Shown here in pieces: positions 54,307 through 64,000 of a stretch of DNA of 64,000 bases. Position numbers and translations under genes: made by a program. Where the stretch lies: assembly GCA_002104945.1 (NCBI GenBank), contig MCFH01000008.1, positions 1,054,001-1,118,000 on the forward strand. The letters are read 5' to 3'. The notes below the pieces were generated by a model, which saw only the letters and a program-made list of their open reading frames with translations, ran no database searches and was not told the origin of the DNA. Every line of letters begins with the position of its first letter. Within the stretch, counting starts at the first letter, position 1. This stretch comes from Piromyces finnis finn (lineage: Eukaryota; Fungi; Neocallimastigomycota).

Positions 54307-57300
54307 AATAAAAAATATATAGTTTGATTAATATATATTACAATTATTGTTAATATTATTTACAAATATAGATTATTATTTTATTATTGTAATAATAGTT
54401 TTTTTTTAAAGATTGTTTTTCCTTTTTTTATAAAAAAAGGAATATATAATAAATTGTCAAATTAACTTTTGATTTTATTTTTTATAATATTTTATTGATA
54501 TAAAAGTTAAAATAATAGTAACACTTTTTAAAGGATAAAGTCAAATTAATTTATTAACTACAATAATTAAATAGGTCAAAAAAAAAGAAAGAAATATAAA
54601 TTATTAAATTATTATTAAATAATATCTAAAAATGTTAGTAGTTTAAAATATCATAGATTTTAATTTTTAAAAAGAATGTGTTAAACTTTTAATTTTTTTT
54701 TCACACAAACTATATTTGTATAATTTAACTCTTCTAACAATTCAAAAAAAGTAATAATAATAATGATGATGATGATAATAATAATAATGAAAATTTTACT
54801 AAATAATAAAGTATTCGAAGTCTTCTTAAGAATCTATTAATCTATACCAACAAAATATTATGTTAGAAATATTAATATCTATAATTCAATGGACTTAATA
54901 AAAACAATTTTTTATATTCAATGAATATTTATATTACACAAAAGAAAAGGATTAAAATGATTTTCAGATTATATTATAAGATATTTATTTATTACAACAA
55001 CAAGTACTTTTTTTTTGGAAAAAAAAAAAAAAGAGACATTTAATAATTTTAAAAAATATATTGCAAAAGTGGTTTGATTATATAAAATTAAATATGACTT
55101 TATTATTTAAAACACTTTATATTTTAATTATTATTATATCTAAATTAAACATAAAAGTATAATACATAATTCTTATTGAAAAAAAAAAGTTAATATAAAA
55201 AACCTTTTTTTTATACAGAAATTAAAAAAAAAAGAATTAAATCTTTATTTGATTTTGTAAATTAAAATTTTCATTATTGTAAAGTAAGCCATAAAAAAAA
55301 TAATGATTAAACTTTTATTTATCAATTAATATAAAAATTCAAAAGAATTAACATTTCTTTTTGATTTAATATAGAATGGAGATAGTAATGCATTATTTAG
55401 TTTTAATTAAATATTTTATTTAATTAAATAATTTTTTTTTCATTTTCTTACTATAAAAAAAAAGACCATTAATAGTAATAGAGAAATTTTTAATTTTTAA
55501 TTTCTAATAATATTTATTATTATAAGATTATTAGTAAAAGTATTTTTATGTTAATTTCAAATGTAATTTCTTAACGAAATTTAAATAATCTATTTTCAAT
55601 AAATTAATAAATTTATGTCAATTTCAAAATCAACTCTTTTACTAATAATTATTAGTAATAACATATAATATTTTATATTTTTTAAATTTAATATAAAATA
55701 TTTTTTGATGAATTATAATGTTTAATGAGATATTATATTACTAAATTTCCAATTTATTAGTATAAAATAAAAGTTATCATTTTTTTATAATAAAATGTTT
55801 TGATTCAAAAAAAAAAGTTAGCTTTAATTAATATACATCATTTTAAAATTTAATAAATTGATTCAAATTAAAACTCTAAATCTAAATAGGCAATATTTAT
55901 AATAATTAGTTTTAAAAATTAATATATGAAAACAAACTATAGAACAAAAAAAAAAAAGCATTAAAAAAAATAAAAAAGTATCATTATAGACTTTCAAAAA
56001 AAATATTAATTTATACTTATGCCATACTCTATTGAATTATTATATATATAATGATAAAATGGTAATTTTTTTTTTAAAATATATGAAATAATTAATTTTT
56101 CAAAATATCTATTTGAGAAAATAATAAAATTTTGGCGTGGTTAAAAAAAAAGATAGTGATGTAATTATTAATTAAAAATAATATCAAAAAGTTAAAATAT
56201 AAAATTGTAATTAATCTATTTTGAAATGAAAAAAATTAATTAAATATATTATTATTTTTATTACAACCCTTAAGTATTAATATTAATAATAACAACAATT
56301 TTTTTTTCTCTAAAATATTTCTATTTCAAAATGCAAAGTTAAAATTTTGATGTAGCCAATTTAATTTTAAAAACTTTAATTATATTAATAATTTTTCCCT
56401 TTTTTAGATCAAAAGTTTTTTATTAAAATTATTAATAATAATTAAATTAAATAATCAAAATAAGTTTTCTTTTTTTATAAATTGTGAATATTCATTCTAT
56501 TAATGAAATTAGTATTTAATCATTTAACAATATATTTCAGAGAGATATTCGTCACTTTTAATTAGATTATATATTATTATTAATATTTAATTAATATTAA
56601 TTATAAATAATGATAAATATATAAAACATAAATTTATTTTTTTTGCCATTTCGGAAATATTAATATTTATAATATATTACACTTTATACCAATTTCAGTT
56701 ATTTAAAAAATAAAAATATTTTTTAATTATACTCTAACACTAAATAAAAAATATAACAAACACAAAAATCAATGTTTAAACATAAAATGCATATTATATT
56801 TAAAAAAAAAAAAAAGTAATTTATGAATTTTTAAAAATTTTAAATTAATTAATAGATATTCTCTTTTTTAAAATTAAAGTTTTAACTTTAAATTTTTGTT
56901 TTACATGTATTAAACAACAAAATATTATTGTTATTGACATTTACAAATTTAAAAAATAGTAAATAGCCTTTGAAATTATAATCAAGGGTATGATTATTAT
57001 TAATATAACAAAATATAAATAAAGTTATAATAAGTAATAATAATAATAATAGAAAAAAAATTAAGAATCAACTTTTATTAATATATATTTCCATTTTGTT
57101 TTGTGTTACTTTATTCCCATTTTTCTTTATTTCCATTTTTCTTAATTTCCATTTACTTTATTTTATTTAGTGATATTTTAATTTCTACAATTGAAAAGCT
57201 TTAATTTTTCAATTGTTAATAAACAATATAAGAAATGGAAATTATAAAGTTTATTTTTTATTACTGTTATGAGTAAAAAAAATTAATTAGTTTTGACATT

Positions 57301-60099
57301 CAAAGTTTATTTCAAGGTTAAATAATACTTATTTTAATTATATAATATTAATAAACGTATCTTTTAAATTAAACTTTAACATTTTCGAAAAATATAACTT
57401 TTATTAATTCTATATTACAATATTAATATTAATAGATCTTTATACCCTTATAGAAGTTATTATCATTTTGTATTAAAATGATTTAGTTTATTATTTATAT
57501 ATTCATTTATTTTCTTATTCGTTTACTCATTTTCTTATTTGCTTATTCATTTATTTTTTTTAATTTATTCTCAATCATAAAATAATTAAAAATTGTATAA
57601 ACTATGACTATTTCAATTTTTTAATTATTAAAGATTATTATATTTTTTTTAATTAAATTTTATAGAATTTAACATGTTTATTTATTTTAATTTATTACCA
57701 ACAATTATAAATTTTAAACTATAAATATTATATAATAAAGGGTATTATTTAAAATCTAATATATTTCCTTATTTCCTATTCTATGATAGAATTTAGGTTA
57801 ATCAAAGAAGATATTACTATATAAATATATTTTACAATCTTAATTTTTGTTTTTGTTTTTGTTGTAACATTTTAGTTTTTAAAGTTTAGTTTAGTCGTTT
57901 TGATTAACTTTAATTAATTAGTTAAAATATTTCAATGATGTTCATTTTCTTTGTTAATGGAATTAATATTAAGTGATAATCTATCTGCTTTTTTTTTATT
58001 TTATTAAAAAATGTTTTTTTTTATTTATTATAAAAATTTATGGTAAGTACCTTTTTGACGCCATCTTTTTTTTTTCTTAACATATAAACCATATTAAAAT
58101 TTAATTAACGTAAAAATACACCTATACTCTTTATTGCTCACACTTTTCATTTTTTTTATTTTTTTTTTATAATTATGAATTTATAAATAAATTTAATTAT
58201 AAAGTTAAAAAGGTTATATTTATTTTTATAGTTTTTAAACACATCATTCATCATTATTTTGAATTTTATAAATAGTTATTGTAGTTATAGTTTTTTTTGA
58301 ATAAAATAAATGTTTAAGAATTAATTAAAAGGTTAATAAATCTTTAAATAATTTAAAGATTATAAAAAGGTTAGGATCACATAGAAATTACTTTTGATTG
58401 ATTATAAAATAAAAAAGAAAAGATATTTGTATAAAATTAATCTACATATTCTTTATTATTTAATGGATTTGATATTATAAGTTATACAAGTTTTTGTTCC
58501 ATTTTTTTTTTTAATGTATAATAATGTGGGGAAAATTTAAAAAGTTTTTAATATAAATTTATCAAATTTTTTGATGGTATTTTTTACTATTTAATTATTA
58601 TTATGGTAGTTTTAGAAGAAAACCATTAAAAACTCAATGAAATATTAAAAAAAATAAACTTTGTTTCATTTAACTTTTGTATTATTATATTGTTAATTTT
58701 TAGTCTAAAAATAAAACTTTTTTGATAATAATAAAAAAATATTATTTTTTTTTGAATTAACTCAGTGTAAAAAGATAAAATACCAAGTGTAGTAAAAATT
58801 AATAAAAAAGAAAATGATAATGGCATAAGATTTTTTTAAAAATTACTTAATGGCATAATATTAATTTTTTCTACTCATGCCATCCTATTGATATAAAAAA
58901 TGACACTAATTAAATTAATTTTTATTTTTTAATTATATAGCCATTTTTTTTTATTTTTTCACTTTCCATATTTATCTTAATTACCTGGGGATGACTAAAG
59001 AAGAATGCTTTTTTCATTGATCATGATGTGTGATATGTGACTTTTTTGTATAATTAAAAATGGATCATGTACAAATTCCTCTATATTAAATATACAATAT
59101 ATTATAATATATTCCGTAATATATAAATTACATTCATTTTGAAAATTTCCTTTATTTTAAATAAATTTTAAGAATACTTAAATTATATAAATAATATATT
59201 AGGCCATTCAATAAATAATTTATAAAGTGTAAAATACATAAAAAAGAAGGTAAAAAAAAAAAAAAGTGACGATTCTACTTTTTAGCTAAAAGTTATTTTT
59301 TATTTTTAAAATCTTTAAAAATGTCTATTTATTTTTATAATATATTAAAGTATAATTTTCAAGTAAATTATCTTCATTTTATTATATTAATATAGTTCAA
59401 ATAAAATAAAAAGAAAACAAATAAATTAAAAAATTATAATTTATTCTATATCAAAAATTTTAATTTATTTCATAATTAAATAGACTATAATTTATTTTTT
59501 TATTTTTTTATTTATATACTTCTATTTAATTTTTATTCTGAAAGTTATTTATTGAAGATTTATTTATTCATATATTAAACTTATTTACTTTTAATTATTT
59601 TAAAAATAAATTTTAATATAAACTTTATGAGAGCTTTTTTAAAATAGTATAAAAGAGAAAAGAAAGGACGCTCTATTTTTTCATTTTATAATATTCATCA
59701 ATTCAAATAAAATTCTAAAATATTTAAAAAGAATTAAACCGAAAAAAAAAAAGTCAAAAACATATTTAAAATTCTTATTGATATCTTAATTTTTTAAAAG
59801 AACATTTTAAATTCATTCGATTTTTGTAATATTTTTTTTATAAAAAAAAAAAAAAAACGATTCTTAACATACAAGCTAAAAAAGTAGACTCAAAAAAATC
59901 ATCATTTCATCTTGGAATATATCAAGAATAAATTTAAACTTTTCAATTATATATAAACTTTTATATATTCTCTAATATTAAATAATTTTGGGAAGCTGAA
60001 CTTTTTTTTTTTTTTTTGATAAAAAAACTAAATTTGTAAAAAACTCTATTTTTCTTTAAAATAAAGTATATAACCTTATTTATATATAAAGGAAAAAAA

Positions 60100-60408
60100 A
60101 TGATCGTCTCAAGTACAGAATACAACGAATACCAAAACATATATAATATTCCATCGGTTCAAAATTCATATTATTACAATATTCACAGAGGTCATGAATC
60201 CATAATATCAACATCACCAAGTAATCCAACCTATCTTTGTAATTCTCCATCTAGTATGTGTAGTTCTCCATCAAATATTCATTCTTATTCTTTAATGAGT
60301 AATGATGAATTTGAATCAATACCTCCTTTAGGTCGTAGACGTTCTTCTGCTATCTTAATACCATATCCATCAGTATTGGAAACAATAAAAGAAGTTGAAG
60401 AATTTTAA
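60100..60408 (+). CDS. Small Ser/Pro/Asn-rich protein (102 aa) of unknown function
   Basis: Clean intronless ORF, GC clearly above the flanks, A-rich start context aaaaaaaATG, ends RRRSSAILIPYPSVLETIKEVEEF. Confidence 0.65.
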   Translation: MIVSSTEYNEYQNIYNIPSVQNSYYYNIHRGHESIISTSPSNPTYLCNSPSSMCSSPSNIHSYSLMSNDEFESIPPLGRRRSSAILIPYPSVLETIKEVEEF

Positions 60409-63400
60409 ACAAATGCATAAAAAATTAATTCTACCTTATTTTAATCTAACTTTTTATGTGAGATTAGAAAAATATTATACACAAATATTCCATATTATTT
60501 TAGTATATCAAAAAAAATATATATATATAATGGGGAGTTATTTATAAAGAAGATTAAATTAACCCATTTGAATTTAATCAATAATATAATACATTTTATA
60601 CCAATGAAAAATGAAACTTTAAAGTTTTTCAAGAATATACCAATGGATATGATGATATAAAAAAAAAGAATTCATGTTCATAAAAATTTATTGTATTATG
60701 ATTATATACATAAATATAAATGAATTTTAATAGTTAAAATAATAACAGTATAATTTTATATTTTTACCAAAATTTTGTAAATAGTTTTAAATTACTCTAT
60801 ACTCTCTCTGTATAAATTTTTAATATTAATATTAATATAATTTTGTATATAATTTATACAAATTTTTTTATTTTTACTCATTTATTATAAATATACCAGT
60901 ACCTATATAATAAATTAATAATAAAAAAATTTAATATAAAAAAAAACATAAAAGAATGTTGTGTTAAAAATTAAGTGTAGATTTAATTATAACTGAAAAT
61001 ACTTTAAGAAATAAAATGTTTTTTTTTTTTTTTTATTTTTTAATTATTATTAAGGAATAATATAAAGAAAGCCATAGCAATTAATATAAGATTTGATTTT
61101 TAAATTATTTAATAATTAATCTTATTTTAATTAATTTCATTTATTTCTTTAAAAAGTATATTCATATATTCATTTATTCATCATTCATTTTGTGGATATT
61201 TTTTATAAAGTGTATATTTTCGTTTTTTTTATTTTTAAATAATTAATAATTATAATAATTATTTATAATTTAAAATTTAAAATTTAATTAATGATGGTTA
61301 TTACTTTTTTATATTAAATTTTATTATTTTATTTATTAACAAAGTTTATAATTAATTTAAACATAAAAAATATAATAAGAGTTTTGATACATTAACTTTT
61401 TTTTTTAAATTAATCGTTAAATATTTAAACAAATAACAACATAAAAATACTTTGTAATAAATATATGGAACTAGTATTTATTTTTTATAATAGTTATCAA
61501 GTTCAAAGTAATGATAAATTTAATAATACTCTATAAATTATCATTCATGATTATTCAATTTTGAATATCTCAATTTATTTTCTTTTATATTAACTACAAA
61601 TTATATACTTTTATATCTTTTTTTTTATTAGAAAATAAAGTTTATTTATAATTATTAATAAATAAAAATATTAACACAATAAAAACCATTTTAATGGATA
61701 TTACTTTTATTCTTTTCCTTATACAAATGTTTTTTAATTTTATTATTGATATTATTTATTAATTATTTTTAAATATGTTGAATAATAAAAAGCATAAAAC
61801 AATTAAAATATTTATTTTAATTAACACTATATAAAAAAAAACTAAAATTCTATAAATTAATTTATTACTTTTTTTTTTTTTTTGCAAATAAAAAAAGAAA
61901 AACCAGTTTTATAAAAAAAAAAAATAAAGTTTAATAATTAAAATATAAAGATAAATCAGTATATAGATGTTTTATCATTTAACAAGTTAATTATTATTAT
62001 TATTGTTTTTTTTTTTTTTTGAAATGAATTAAAGTGTTTTATATATATACTAAAAGATATTATATTTTAAATGTGTCTTTATTTGAATTAATGGTTAATA
62101 TCAATTTTATACTATAAATAGTTAGATATTTTAATGAGATTATATATAATGGAAATATACGTTTTTTTATTAATTTATTTCGGTTTTTTTTTTCTTTTTA
62201 TTAAAATTATGTTATTTTTTGATCATTAAAATTAAATAATTATTATTATTTATTTATAGTTTTTAATTAGTTGTTATTTAAAATTTTAAGATTTTATTTA
62301 ATGGATTACTTTATTAAAGCAATATAAAAATAAAAAAGCATCAAAAATTTAATTATAAACAATTTAAATCTTAAAAAAAAAACAATATATATATATAATA
62401 TAAAAAAAAGATAAACATCTTATTTAATAACTTATTTTCATATACATTTTGTTAAAATAAAAAAAGTCAAAACAAAACAAAGAAAAAAATTTTTTATTGT
62501 TTATTAATAAAATAATAATTAAACATTAATCAATTTAAATCGTGTAAATATGCCTTTTTTTTTTTTACCATTACTATTATTATTTTGAAATGAAATTGCT
62601 ATTCTATTAAACATTTTTTAATAATACATTACCTTCAAAAGTTGGATATAATTAAAAAAATAATTCCCATTTTTTTTTTTTATTAAATATAAATATTTAT
62701 ATTTATAATAGAAAATAATGTGAAACCACAATTTTAAATATTTTAATAAATTTTTTGTACTACAAAAATTTTAATGTTTTCTATATAGGATTATATGTCA
62801 TTATTAAAAACATTTACTTGTTCAAATATATAATAACATTTTAATCAGTAAATATATATTAATAGGTAAATAATGGATATTCTAATTCTTATTGATTAAA
62901 AATATTTGTAATTAATATACTACATAATATTATAAAAAGTTATGTTATATATTTACTTTTTGATTTATAATTATTTGTATCAATCTATCAATCCAATTGT
63001 CATTTTCATTTATCTAGATTAATACTTTTAAATTTAATTTCTGTAGATTATCCTTTTTTTTTTTTAGCCTATTTATCAGAAGATTCTAAAAAAAATGGAT
63101 AAAAATAGAATTCTAAATAATTTTCTTATTATTTATTTATTTGATGATTTAATCAATGCAGTAATTTAACAAATTTTTATACCGTAAATGTTGAAAGGCG
63201 TAAAAAATAAAGCCATTTTATTATTGATGGCATTTTAACTATAACACACCACATCATAAAAAATGTGTGGTGAAATTTTAAAAAAGTTTTGATTTAGAGG
63301 TTGGTGACATATATATTTTATAGCTTTTTTTGGTGGGCCACCTTGGATCCTTTTTTTTTTTTTTTTACTTATTGTGTAATGAAATAAATTACAAGGCATA

Positions 63401-63609
63401 ATGAATCAAATGTGGAATAATTGCGGAAGAATATTTGACTATTAATAAATGTTAAAATTGAAAATTCTATTTCGCTTCAACCTAAATTAATTAAATATTA
63501 TCATTTTATTGGAAAATCCATTTTTCATATAAAAGGAGAAAAAAAATCTTTTTTTTTTTTTAATTTTATTTTAATATAATATAATTAATTAATTAATAGT
63601 TATAATAAA

Positions 63610-63780
63610 ATGTCAAAAATATTATCAAAGAGAGCTCAAAAAATTGTTTCTAAACCAAACATTTTATTGAGTGGTATTTCTAAGGTTTTATTAAATCCTT
63701 ATAGTGAAAATAATCTTAAGGGGATTATTAATTTAGGAACAGCTGAAAATAAATTGAATAATAAAGAAATTTTAGAAAAG
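63610..63780 (+). CDS. Exon 1 of an ACC-synthase-like PLP-dependent aminotransferase (class I/II); gene continues past the window
   Basis: LSKRA....NPYSENNLKGIINLGTAENKL matches the ACC-synthase-family NPY..NPxGIINLGxAEN motif; GT donor at 63781, phase 0. Confidence 0.8.
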
Positions 63781-64000
63781 GTAATGAAAAAAAAAAAAAA
63801 ATAACAATAATAAATGAAAATCATTCTTTTTTTTTTTATTGGAATCATAATAAGGATTATTATAACCATGTTTTTATTTATAAATAAAAATAATATTTTG
63901 ATTTTGATTTAATTATTTTTAAAATTTAAAATTTTCATTTCATTCCATTTCTTTTTCTTATTTTTAGAAAAACATTAATAATTATTTTAAAAAACCTTTT

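Noticed and set aside
58981-59042. Possible C/D-box snoRNA
   Set aside because: No canonical RUGAUGA...CUGA pair or terminal stem

Overview
Extremely AT-rich, intron-rich eukaryotic genomic DNA with long poly-A/T tracts and (AAT)n microsatellites. Composition plus flagellar genes (IFT56/TTC26, SPATA17) and fungal genes (Zds1, Rgd1-like, HAM1-like) point to a zoosporic fungus, most likely an anaerobic gut fungus (Neocallimastigomycota); this assignment is inference. Spliced models were built by hand. In order: 3' end of a RasGEF, a decayed LRR gene, PAM18, IFT56, CCDC124, an F-BAR/RhoGAP, Mis12, a PWWP-like protein, Zds1, SPATA17, a multi-pass membrane class I cyclic-nucleotide phosphodiesterase, two tandem Cys-rich type I membrane proteins, a double-domain Stealth protein, a HAM1-like (DUF5923/DUF4449) protein, a 102-aa Ser-rich small ORF, and exon 1 of an ACC-synthase-like aminotransferase. 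No rRNA, tRNA, CRISPR or intact transposon was recognised. The best finding is an AT-AC minor-spliceosome (U12-type) intron at 36056-36175, the only clean way I found to keep the membrane PDE in frame. Other leads: the PDE architecture, a Stealth protein with a degenerate second domain, two ATG-only first exons, a hairpin cluster at 43.0-43.2 kb, and recurring GC-containing motifs in the intergenic AT deserts.
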